Of a stretch of DNA of 64,000 nt, positions 55,421-64,000 are shown in pieces. The notes beneath the pieces were generated by a model. It did no database searches and was not told the DNA's origin. It saw only the letters and a list, made by a program, of their open reading frames with translations. The DNA lies in the IMG/VR virus record IMGVR_UViG_3300001525_000506, positions 1 through 64,000 of that record; one strand, 5' to 3'. The stretch is from a virus (lineage: Duplodnaviria > Caudoviricetes). The stretch's first letter is position 1; each line of letters opens with the position of its first letter. The translations under genes and the position numbers were made by a program.

Positions 55421-56968
55421 TTATGATTGCAACTCCATAAACAAGCCACCAATCATAAGACTATCACTGGGCTTTGTTTGACCTTTTGTTCCCCATTCAA
55501 TGGATTGTCCACCAGCAGTTACACGACCTTTTGCATTTACATTTACGGCGCTGTATTGACCTGCAACAACACCCGTCGGACGAAGATGGATATTTGTTCC
55601 AGTATATTCCGAACCGTCATAAACGTTGTCCGATACGGCATTGCCATAGAAGTCATCTTTATCGAAAGACAAAACCTTCTTTTCCGAGCCGTCATAAGCA
55701 TTGTGAGTTATCTCACTGCTGTTTGTCTCGTCAGGTGTCGTAATCAAGAACTTGTTCGCGACCTTATCCGATGACGCAGCGTGTTTTGCCTCTTTTACGG
55801 TCGTTGTGTTGCCGTCAAAGATATCGCTTATATTTCGGTCGCCGATTTTTTCGGTAACTTTTTTAGCCGTATCCGCAGATGTTGCGTGGTCTGCCTCAGC
55901 TGCCTTGCCTACTGCTGTCGTGCCATCTTTGATGTTTGAAATCTCGGTCGCATTCGCATTCGCTTTCGAAAGCGCATTATCTGCAGTCTCTTTTACTTCG
56001 TTGATTGCACCGACAATCGTCTTAGCGTCGGTTTCAAGCTTCTCATCTTCTTTCTTTTGATAATCGTCCAAATCCGTTGCCAAATCGTCTTTGGTTACGT
56101 AATTCGTCAAATCGACCTTTTCCGTTTCCAACTTCGAGAAAGTGAAGTAGCCAACGGTAAGACCATAAGTAGTATCGAGCGCATCAACAATTGCTTGGTC
56201 AGTTGTATAAGTATAAAGTGTGCTAACAGCATTAACACGAGATACCCACAAATCTGGCACACCGAGTGTCTTGATATACACATTATCACCGACACCCATT
56301 GCAGTTGAACCCAAAGCATCAGTTGCGGTTACAAACGCCTGATAGTTATCATACGTGAATGTTCTCGCTTTTCCTGCAATAGCCTCTTGCAACTCTTGCT
56401 TGGTCGCATAGCCTTTATCTTCTGCCTCAAGAACACGACCTTTGTTATCGACCTTAATGCCCTGATAAGTGCCAGGTGTAACACCAGTCTTTTTCAATGA
56501 ATAAGACACCGATTGCGTAGAAGAGGACGTATTGCCCTCCATAACAAAGTCATCGCCGTCCATCGACAATTGCGTATCTTTTGAACCGTCATACGGAACA
56601 GAAGTTATACCGCCGCCGTCAAGTGTGCCAGATAAGCGCAAGTCGTGAGTAACCTTGCCTGCCTCTTTAACGACTTTATCTTTATCGGCGGTATTGTCAA
56701 CGTTACCGAGACCAACTGCAGCCTTGGACAATTTCGCAATCTTATCTTCGACAATTGACTCGCCGTTTACGTCTTGTACATCATCTACTTTGCCTGCACT
56801 TGCGACGCCTTCAGCCAATTCTTGAAGAGCGCCTTCAACATTTGTGGAAGTAAACTTGTCGCCAGCATCAGCAAGCGTTACTTGCTCAGCCGAAGTTTCG
56901 GGAAGGACTTGTATTAGAGTACCGTCAGCGTCCACAACGCGATGTATTCTTCGTTTTTCAGTTGCCAT
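55421..56968 (-). CDS. tail fibre protein
   Basis: KAAVGLGNVDNTAD, TGVTPGTY..VDNKGRV, TGVVAGQY..VNAKGRVT, YDGS repeats. Confidence 0.85.
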   Translation of the reverse strand: MATEKRRIHRVVDADGTLIQVLPETSAEQVTLADAGDKFTSTNVEGALQELAEGVASAGKVDDVQDVNGESIVEDKIAKLSKAAVGLGNVDNTADKDKVVKEAGKVTHDLRLSGTLDGGGITSVPYDGSKDTQLSMDGDDFVMEGNTSSSTQSVSYSLKKTGVTPGTYQGIKVDNKGRVLEAEDKGYATKQELQEAIAGKARTFTYDNYQAFVTATDALGSTAMGVGDNVYIKTLGVPDLWVSRVNAVSTLYTYTTDQAIVDALDTTYGLTVGYFTFSKLETEKVDLTNYVTKDDLATDLDDYQKKEDEKLETDAKTIVGAINEVKETADNALSKANANATEISNIKDGTTAVGKAAEADHATSADTAKKVTEKIGDRNISDIFDGNTTTVKEAKHAASSDKVANKFLITTPDETNSSEITHNAYDGSEKKVLSFDKDDFYGNAVSDNVYDGSEYTGTNIHLRPTGVVAGQYSAVNVNAKGRVTAGGQSIEWGTKGQTKPSDSLMIGGLFMELQS

Positions 56969-56982
56969 ATTTTATTCTCCTA

Positions 56983-57837
56983 TTAGTTTTCAATATATAC
57001 ATAATCGTCTTTGTCAAGTTTGCTAAAATCGACTTCGCTTACATCCTTGACCGCAACGATTTTTGTTGTCATATCCTTGACCTCTTGTAAGGTCATTCTA
57101 AAGCCGACACCGTTATCACTGACAAACACTTCAGCCGATTGTCTAAACGTCTTTGTCGGCGGCACAGCGAGGCTACGGAACGATTTCAGATTTATCGGCA
57201 CCAGCCCCAAATCCTCTGCGGTTTTATTCCCTTGCAGTGTCACGTCATTGATTGACGGCTTGTTGATAAGATTGTTGTAATCTTTATTATCCGCAGCCGA
57301 TTTTTCGACCACTCTCAATAGATATTCGAATTGCGAGACCGAAATCGAATCCGACGGAATCACGACTTCTTTTTCGATTGTGAACACGACTTTGCCGAGA
57401 GTTAGTTCTTTTACGCCTTTCTCGTATATAGCCTTTATCGACAACGAAACTGGTCCCGAATCCTCGAATATGTTGTATTCATAGATATCGTTCCCGTCCT
57501 CGTCCTTGTCGATAATCTTTCCGCTCGGCATTCGGATTTTGAACATCTTGTACTGAACGCCGTACTTGAACTTCTGCAAATCGCGCTTTGAGTTCATCGG
57601 AATGGTCTCGATAACGATTTCGTCGCCAGGGTGGTCGATTGTCGAATACACTTCGGTTTCGTCACCGTTCGGGCGCTCGAACCAGTATTGTAGATAACTC
57701 AACCCGTCGGGCAATTCCGTTGTAGGCGAATTCTCGATGTAAACATACATCGTATTCACGTCATAGTTATATTGTCTTAAAGCCTCGTCGTTTATGACTT
57801 CGAGCAAGACGCCTTTTGGGTCAAAATACAAATACAT
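56983..57837 (-). CDS. BppU-like baseplate/fibre-anchor protein
   Basis: MYLYFDxKGxLLExINDEALRQYN shared with 45519; DYNNLINKPSINDVTLQGNKT. Confidence 0.7.
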   Translation of the reverse strand: MYLYFDPKGVLLEVINDEALRQYNYDVNTMYVYIENSPTTELPDGLSYLQYWFERPNGDETEVYSTIDHPGDEIVIETIPMNSKRDLQKFKYGVQYKMFKIRMPSGKIIDKDEDGNDIYEYNIFEDSGPVSLSIKAIYEKGVKELTLGKVVFTIEKEVVIPSDSISVSQFEYLLRVVEKSAADNKDYNNLINKPSINDVTLQGNKTAEDLGLVPINLKSFRSLAVPPTKTFRQSAEVFVSDNGVGFRMTLQEVKDMTTKIVAVKDVSEVDFSKLDKDDYVYIEN

Positions 57838-57841
57838 CTCG

Positions 57842-58213
57842 TTACCTTATCAATGTTATGTACCAAAAATACACCATTTCTGAACTGAACTCAGTCTCTT
57901 TCATCGATATACGCTTTTGGATAGTATCGACGCGCCAAAGTTGATTGTTATATTTGACGATTGAGTTCTCAGTCATTCCCGTCAAGTCGTCTCTGCTTTC
58001 GAGTTGGACATCGTGCCTATCGACGAGGAACGTTCCCATTATGGTGTTTTGTCCGTCGTTTTGAGCATCGATTTCTTTCGCATAGAAATATCCAGACGGC
58101 TTTTTGTTGTAAACATATTCTTCGGAGTTGCCGACACCGTCCTCGTTCCGAATCCAGAACGGGCAAAGGTTGTACATACTTCTTCGAGAATGATACAAAT
58201 CTATTCTTGACAT
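57842..58213 (-). CDS. head-closure-like protein
   Basis: 123 aa, beta-rich, directly after the adaptor-like gene. Confidence 0.55.
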   Translation of the reverse strand: MSRIDLYHSRRSMYNLCPFWIRNEDGVGNSEEYVYNKKPSGYFYAKEIDAQNDGQNTIMGTFLVDRHDVQLESRDDLTGMTENSIVKYNNQLWRVDTIQKRISMKETEFSSEMVYFWYITLIR

Positions 58214-58214
58214 C

Positions 58215-58652
58215 TCAACAACTCCACAATCCCGTTCCAGCCCAATCGCTCATACGGATTTTCTTGCTCCACAAACCGCACAGTTGCAATTCGCGCTTTG
58301 CATTCGGAGCCAAAGCTAACTTTTTCAATGTTTCAATATCGACTATGATGCCCTTTTCGGGGTCCATACCGCTATCGACCGAAATGTCGCCGTTCTTGAA
58401 TATATATATGGCTTGTTCGAGCAATGCTCTTTTATAGTGTTCTTTTTGGTAATCAGAAAAATTAGGGTACTCGACACTAACCTTTCGGAAACATTCTGCG
58501 TCTATCATCGATTCCATTCTGTCCTCGATACGTTTCAAGAACGCCATTTGCTTATTACTCGGATTAGTATCGTCTTTCAATATCGACAAATCGATACCGA
58601 AATAGTCCCTAAAATCGTCTGGTGTTATATACTTTGTTTGAAGTTGTCCCAT
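58215..58652 (-). CDS. head-tail adaptor-like protein
   Basis: YITPDDF...KRALLEQAIYI helical pattern; promoter TTGCAA-17-TACACT upstream. Confidence 0.65.
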   Translation of the reverse strand: MGQLQTKYITPDDFRDYFGIDLSILKDDTNPSNKQMAFLKRIEDRMESMIDAECFRKVSVEYPNFSDYQKEHYKRALLEQAIYIFKNGDISVDSGMDPEKGIIVDIETLKKLALAPNAKRELQLCGLWSKKIRMSDWAGTGLWSC

Positions 58653-58715
58653 GTTCTTACCTCAACTTAGAGTGTACCACAATCGTAGGCGAATTGCAAG
58701 CGTTATTTTTATGTT

Positions 58716-61700
58716 TTAAGTCGTCGTTTCGATTTGTGTTCTAACCGAAGAAGATATAGAAACTTCGTTTACTTCGAAATGGAAATCAACATAACCATCT
58801 TGCAAGTTTACTGCTATGTTTACGGGGATTGCGAAAGATTTTGTACTTTTCGCCCCCATTTCTTCATCGAAATCTTTTTTAGCTGCGCCATTTTTATCAA
58901 AGATATTACCTTTGACCGATACCGCAATAGGATTCGGGTTAAAAACGGTTAAGTCCACGTATTGCCTTGAAGCGCCTATTTCGGAACTTGCACTATAATC
59001 GGTCGGTGTTGCAATCGAAAGTTTCAATTGTACAGCTTTTTGTTCGGGCGCTACCGTCAATTCGTATGAGTTTTTCTTTATAACTTGGTTGCCTATAACC
59101 CACGATTCGAAGATTTCACTTTCACATTGCAAAGGCACTTGCTCTCCCACATAACGACTTATACTATTGGTCTCGAATACGTTATCGACTAAACTATCGA
59201 CATTGAACTTAACCATATTCGGACTCGTTGCTATCGGGTCAAAAGTCTGATATGTCGGTGGTTCATATTCTCCATTCTCGTCAACGCAATTGTGTACGAT
59301 ACCGACTTGTCTGCCTACGCTATCATAAACGCGTTCGTCTCTGTTTGTCGTCTTCGTGATATAGATGTCGATATAACCGCGGTCGAAATCTTCTTTGGTT
59401 ACATTGACACCAAACACGAAATGATAGCCAGAACGGTCAGGCGTGCTCTTGTAATAAGACGCGCTATTGGTATAATCTCGTTGATATGCCGAGTCGAAAT
59501 CGAAATACCAGTATCTTATCGATTGCGTTCCAGACGGAACTTGGTCTAATGCAACACGTAACTTCTTCTCGGGGACGCCTTTGTCCCTGTCGTTCACTAT
59601 AGAGAATACTTCGGAAGGCTTTATCGTCGCGAACTTTTTGCCATCGTCATTATAGTTATAAGGCAAAATCTTTGACGCGATAGTTTTGTTTATAGCTTCT
59701 TCGCTAAATTCCAAAAACATATTACGCTCTACAAGCATATTTTTCTCATAGTTTATATATGATTGTCCATCGGCACCGCTTGTAGATAATCCAGTTGGAC
59801 CAGATGACATACTTGGTGAGACCTCATACTTATAATCAAAAACTTCATCATAGAGACCACGCGCTATTGGATGGAACTCAATCTTATTTAATTGCGTGAT
59901 ACTTTGACCACTATTCTTTGTCCATCGAGTTATTTCTCCGTCGCCCTTTAATATCAAATGCTTTTTATCAATTCCCGCTTCTGATACATACTCCCAATAA
60001 ATACTTTGTGCGTTAAAGTTACATTGCATCCACGCGCTTTCATACCCAGTAGTTTTTACTGAAATATCTAATGTAAATTTTTGAGCGTTTTCCGCTCCTC
60101 CCTTATTTGATAATAAATTTTTAATATATCTATAACTTGTATCGGTTTGAATTTGAATTGTTTTGCCTGTGCCTTGACTCGTTTCTATAAGAGAATATGA
60201 GAAAAAAACAGGCTCCCCCATTGATGTTCCGCTATAATTTTGACTATAACCATTTATTCGCGGTTTTGTATCCATAGATACATCGATTTTTGCATTTCTA
60301 TTCGTCAAAACTAAATCGCTTAATTTTAAGAGATATTGACCGATAACAATATTTTTATCAGATGCAATTGGCTCAACCTGAAATGTCATATCTATGCGTT
60401 CTTTATTATCTTTGTGTATGTTTTTTTCAGAAGACGACATACTGAGCAATCGTTGTTCTCCTGGCAGTGATAATGTTTTTACAGGAAGATTTTTGCAATA
60501 CGAATAGAATTGGTCCAGTGTCGCTCTACCCGAATCATTATCTAACACCAAATTAGGTATAGAGACATCTGTATGGCTTAATTGATAATCCATATCTTTT
60601 ATTGCCCCAGTTTCGCGGTCATCTACAATATCATACCATTGTTGTTCCGAACCGACATAATATTGGTCATCTTCAGAAGGATGCAAAGCCAAAATTTTCC
60701 AATCAGAACTCCAAGTATCAATAAAATTACCTCCTGAAATATTATCAGGCATTGCAACATTAAAACACAAACTGTTGCCGCTCGTAAATGTCTGCTCATC
60801 TACAAAAAACGGGTTCTTATCTGCGTGCGTTTTTATTATCGCATTATTTATGTCGCATATTCTGCTCGAAGGCAAAAATGCGCTAAACAATGTTTCTACG
60901 CCTATTTCTGTTATCTTATCTGCCTCTTCTTCTTCAAACCAATCGACAAAATATGGCATTATGCTTATTTCGTCTATTATTTGATAAAGAATTATAAGAT
61001 ACTTACCGTTTCTATCTTCTTGACCGCCTTCGCCCGTTATTGTAATAGGTAAAAAATAATGTTTACCTATTGTAAGAGAATAAGCATCAAGTATGCCACC
61101 TGCTAAAAAAATCTTTCCTTTGAAAGCATCCCATACTGATGACTGAGAAGATATTGTTTGCGAACATTTTATGGTTTCAAAGTTATATTTGTGCCCCTTT
61201 ATCTCAAAAAATGTTTTTTCGTCTTTATGTTTTTTGTTTTTAGACAAAAGTATAAGCGTTTTTTTATTTTCAGCCCGATTCACAGATTCGCCATAAGACA
61301 TAAGCTGATATGTCCTATATTTTGCATAAACACTTGTATAAAAATTCTTCAAGACATAATCTTGTATCCCCGCATATGACACGGAAATATAATTATCGAA
61401 TATCGAATATTCTCTGCGATAAATGATTACGTCATCATCTGCACCAATAGTACCCGTATTCCCAAGCCTTAATATATTCGCAACAGAATAATTATTGCCA
61501 TCGAGACGACCTTTTAACAAATGTGTCTTATTTGCGAATCTGTTTAATTTCTCTTTTTGAGATAACCCATCTTTTTCGAGTAGTGTGAGAGAAGAAGAAG
61601 AATTATCATTAGAAATAATATTATCTCTGCCCTCATCTCTTGAGTGTACTATTGCCCCATCATAAAATCCCTCATATTCTATTTCAAAAAACACCGTTTT

Positions 61701-63359
61701 TAGACGTTGGGTATTAGATATCCCTTCAAAGGGATATAATTTTTCAAAATTTGATACCCAATTATTTGGTATAAAAGTATTTACAAGAACATAATTTTTT
61801 GCCGATATATTTTGTTCTTTATAAGTTGCTCCATTATACAAATAAATCATTCCGTGGGTAAAATCGTCTGTTGTAGTTCCCGTATGTCGATAATAATTAT
61901 TCTCAATGGGCGTAAAATCGCTTTCAGAGAGGTCTTGTTCTTTTATATTAAGCTCATTTTCTTTTTCCCTTAGAAAATCTTGCATTTGAGCGAATTCTGT
62001 TATTTCGTCTATCGCATAATTCGCGCATACTTTTTTTAAGATATTTTCAATATAAGTAGCTGTTACGTTATAGACCGAAAGACCATCACCACCCTCTACT
62101 ATTTGGTCAACACGAGAACCCCACCCTTCTATTGTGTTTCCACCTATAGAATATGATACTGTACTAATCTTAAATTTTGCCAAATCTTCAATAGAGGTAG
62201 GTATTTCTTTTAATTTTTTCCAATCCTGACTAAGCAAATTCCACTCGGTTTTTTCCTTTACCAATGGTAAAATATCATATTTTGACAATGTATAAACAGG
62301 TGTAACTTCTGCGTTTTCTAAACGTATAACTTCGCAAGAGAGATAAAAACACATATTGAATTTTTTTACTTTATACAATTTATGTGTTGTTTCCAAACGC
62401 ATATTTTCAAGTATCATCAAAGCACTATCTTTGCTTCTAAACCCAAAATATTCTATAAAATTACACGTGCCATCTTGAGAAAGGGCATCAGAATATTGTC
62501 TTCTTGTACCATCACAAAAATCAGAGCTACCCATTTGCCCGACGATACGCGAAATCATACCTTCTTTTTGCAAGGTAGCAAGGTCGTATGTTTTTGTCCC
62601 CCAAGGGGTTTCTGTTCTTTCCGAAATCGCCTTTGCATATATCACGTTATCTTTGACATACGGTATCATATCCAAAGTAATCATAAGTGAAGATAAAACA
62701 TCTCTCAAATTCGGATTCGATAACGAGAAATCTTGAGAATAAAAATCACTAAAAATGGATTTGAGTTCTGGTGCAACTGTGTATTTTTGCACATATTCCC
62801 AAGAGTTAATATCTACGTTTTTATCATCATCGTGGATGATTTTGTATTTTTTATACTTTGGAGAATACAAGTTTACGAAACGCACCAAATACGTATATAT
62901 GTCAATCTTCTTCGAAACCACCAACGGTTGCGTAACTGAAATATTCGGGAGCTGAACGACTTCAAGCCCCTTAGTTTCGCTAAAAAGTTCAAGCGAATAT
63001 GAATATATGTCTTCACTAAGATTAATAATATCTTCCGTGAATTTATCAACAAGCAAATGACGATAAAACGGGATTCTTACACCCGTTTCTTTGTCAATTT
63101 CATCTCCGTCGTGAAGCGTACCGCCGCGTCTCCAAAGTCCGATATGCGAGCCAAACCATTTTGTCTCATCTTCGCCTTCGGGCGCGCTTTCGTAAATATA
63201 CACATCATCATATGGTTTTAAGCCTACGATTTGCCCCTTGATATGAGACAATCTAACTACGCCGCTATCAAGCGTTTCGTTATATTCTTCGGTAAAAGTC
63301 ACACCTTGCGCGACTTCGTGTATATATTCTTTATCGTGTATTCTAACAGTTAAGTTCAT
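58716..63359 (-). CDS. large virion (tail tip/hub) protein
   Basis: 1547 aa in the structural module; AT-rich central part. Confidence 0.65.
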   Translation of the reverse strand: MNLTVRIHDKEYIHEVAQGVTFTEEYNETLDSGVVRLSHIKGQIVGLKPYDDVYIYESAPEGEDETKWFGSHIGLWRRGGTLHDGDEIDKETGVRIPFYRHLLVDKFTEDIINLSEDIYSYSLELFSETKGLEVVQLPNISVTQPLVVSKKIDIYTYLVRFVNLYSPKYKKYKIIHDDDKNVDINSWEYVQKYTVAPELKSIFSDFYSQDFSLSNPNLRDVLSSLMITLDMIPYVKDNVIYAKAISERTETPWGTKTYDLATLQKEGMISRIVGQMGSSDFCDGTRRQYSDALSQDGTCNFIEYFGFRSKDSALMILENMRLETTHKLYKVKKFNMCFYLSCEVIRLENAEVTPVYTLSKYDILPLVKEKTEWNLLSQDWKKLKEIPTSIEDLAKFKISTVSYSIGGNTIEGWGSRVDQIVEGGDGLSVYNVTATYIENILKKVCANYAIDEITEFAQMQDFLREKENELNIKEQDLSESDFTPIENNYYRHTGTTTDDFTHGMIYLYNGATYKEQNISAKNYVLVNTFIPNNWVSNFEKLYPFEGISNTQRLKTVFFEIEYEGFYDGAIVHSRDEGRDNIISNDNSSSSLTLLEKDGLSQKEKLNRFANKTHLLKGRLDGNNYSVANILRLGNTGTIGADDDVIIYRREYSIFDNYISVSYAGIQDYVLKNFYTSVYAKYRTYQLMSYGESVNRAENKKTLILLSKNKKHKDEKTFFEIKGHKYNFETIKCSQTISSQSSVWDAFKGKIFLAGGILDAYSLTIGKHYFLPITITGEGGQEDRNGKYLIILYQIIDEISIMPYFVDWFEEEEADKITEIGVETLFSAFLPSSRICDINNAIIKTHADKNPFFVDEQTFTSGNSLCFNVAMPDNISGGNFIDTWSSDWKILALHPSEDDQYYVGSEQQWYDIVDDRETGAIKDMDYQLSHTDVSIPNLVLDNDSGRATLDQFYSYCKNLPVKTLSLPGEQRLLSMSSSEKNIHKDNKERIDMTFQVEPIASDKNIVIGQYLLKLSDLVLTNRNAKIDVSMDTKPRINGYSQNYSGTSMGEPVFFSYSLIETSQGTGKTIQIQTDTSYRYIKNLLSNKGGAENAQKFTLDISVKTTGYESAWMQCNFNAQSIYWEYVSEAGIDKKHLILKGDGEITRWTKNSGQSITQLNKIEFHPIARGLYDEVFDYKYEVSPSMSSGPTGLSTSGADGQSYINYEKNMLVERNMFLEFSEEAINKTIASKILPYNYNDDGKKFATIKPSEVFSIVNDRDKGVPEKKLRVALDQVPSGTQSIRYWYFDFDSAYQRDYTNSASYYKSTPDRSGYHFVFGVNVTKEDFDRGYIDIYITKTTNRDERVYDSVGRQVGIVHNCVDENGEYEPPTYQTFDPIATSPNMVKFNVDSLVDNVFETNSISRYVGEQVPLQCESEIFESWVIGNQVIKKNSYELTVAPEQKAVQLKLSIATPTDYSASSEIGASRQYVDLTVFNPNPIAVSVKGNIFDKNGAAKKDFDEEMGAKSTKSFAIPVNIAVNLQDGYVDFHFEVNEVSISSSVRTQIETTT

Positions 63360-63362
63360 AGT

Positions 63363-63980
63363 TTAATACTCCGTTCCCCTTCCGCCATTTACAAGACTGG
63401 CTCGCGATGCCATAAATTCGGTTTGTGCATTTATAGCATTCAATTGCATATTATGTTGTTCGATTTTTTGGTCGCGTTCTGCCCTCGTCATTATACCAGT
63501 CTTTACACCGCTTGATATTGCGCCTATTACCGCTCCCACAGCCATTACTCCAATGTTGCCAGTAACAGCACCAGCCGCTGCACCAGCCGCAGCGCCCGAA
63601 CCAATTGAAGACAACATCGATTTCGCCGTTCCAATTTGCGTCTGAATAGCATTCATTTTGTTTTGTCCCAAGTAGTCTTCAGTAAGCGTAAAATATCGAT
63701 TATGCTCCATCATTGCTATTGAATATGCCGTAGATAAAGCATCTCCTAATACTTTTGCGCCTATACCAACCGCTGCCGTTGCGCCACTGCTACCTCCAAG
63801 AAAATCAATCGCGGCATTCTTTACGTCTTCTTGAGCTGTTTGTATCGGGTGCAAAACCTTATTTAATCCTTCTCGCATTAAATCGGCAGGCGTTTTTTCT
63901 TTTTTCTTTGGTGCTCCGCCACCACCGTCACCAGTACCACCTTCGCCCAATATGGTTATTACGATATCGCCTCTTTCCAT
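63363..63980 (-). CDS. Gly/Ala-rich virion protein (short tape-measure/ejection-like)
   Basis: GAAAGAAAGAVTG glycine-zipper segments; upstream of the tail-tip gene. Confidence 0.5.
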   Translation of the reverse strand: MERGDIVITILGEGGTGDGGGGAPKKKEKTPADLMREGLNKVLHPIQTAQEDVKNAAIDFLGGSSGATAAVGIGAKVLGDALSTAYSIAMMEHNRYFTLTEDYLGQNKMNAIQTQIGTAKSMLSSIGSGAAAGAAAGAVTGNIGVMAVGAVIGAISSGVKTGIMTRAERDQKIEQHNMQLNAINAQTEFMASRASLVNGGRGTEY

Positions 63981-64000
63981 ACATTACTCCACAAAAGCCA

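Noticed and set aside
717-63980. Stop-codon reassignment
   Set aside because: Long genes are intact in code 11, and TAA, TAG and TGA all end genes. The one split gene is explained by a frameshift.

Overview
This 64-kb window is a large part of a tailed dsDNA phage genome. Sigma-A-type promoters, AGGAGG ribosome-binding sites and a PBSX-type terminase suggest a Firmicutes-like host, probably from the gut. No integrase, major capsid gene, endolysin or reverse transcriptase is recognisable in the window. Layout: (1) 0.3-7.8 kb, + strand: an early region of small self-contained cassettes (promoter, gene(s), terminator) punctuated by 19 copies of a CCGTGC motif. (2) 7.9-64 kb, all on the - strand, listed by increasing coordinate: portal, probable TerS, a non-coding origin-like region next to an AP2-like protein, about 45 small accessory genes including a C5 DNA methyltransferase, SSB, TerL embedded in the replication operon (SF2 helicase, resolvase, primase-helicase, DUF669, PD-(D/E)xK exonuclease), a second receptor-binding module ending in a BspA-type LRR protein, a six-gene Gln/Gly-rich cassette, an ncRNA cluster, membrane proteins, and the main tail module. 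The most unusual items are an 81-nt tmRNA tRNA-like domain with no mRNA-like domain, several promoter-terminator units with no ORF (some exposing anti-Shine-Dalgarno loops, one duplicated, one rod-shaped like 6S RNA), and a GAPDH homologue lacking its catalytic Cys and His within the tail-fibre operon. All family assignments come from motifs recognised by eye; no database searches or folding programs were run.
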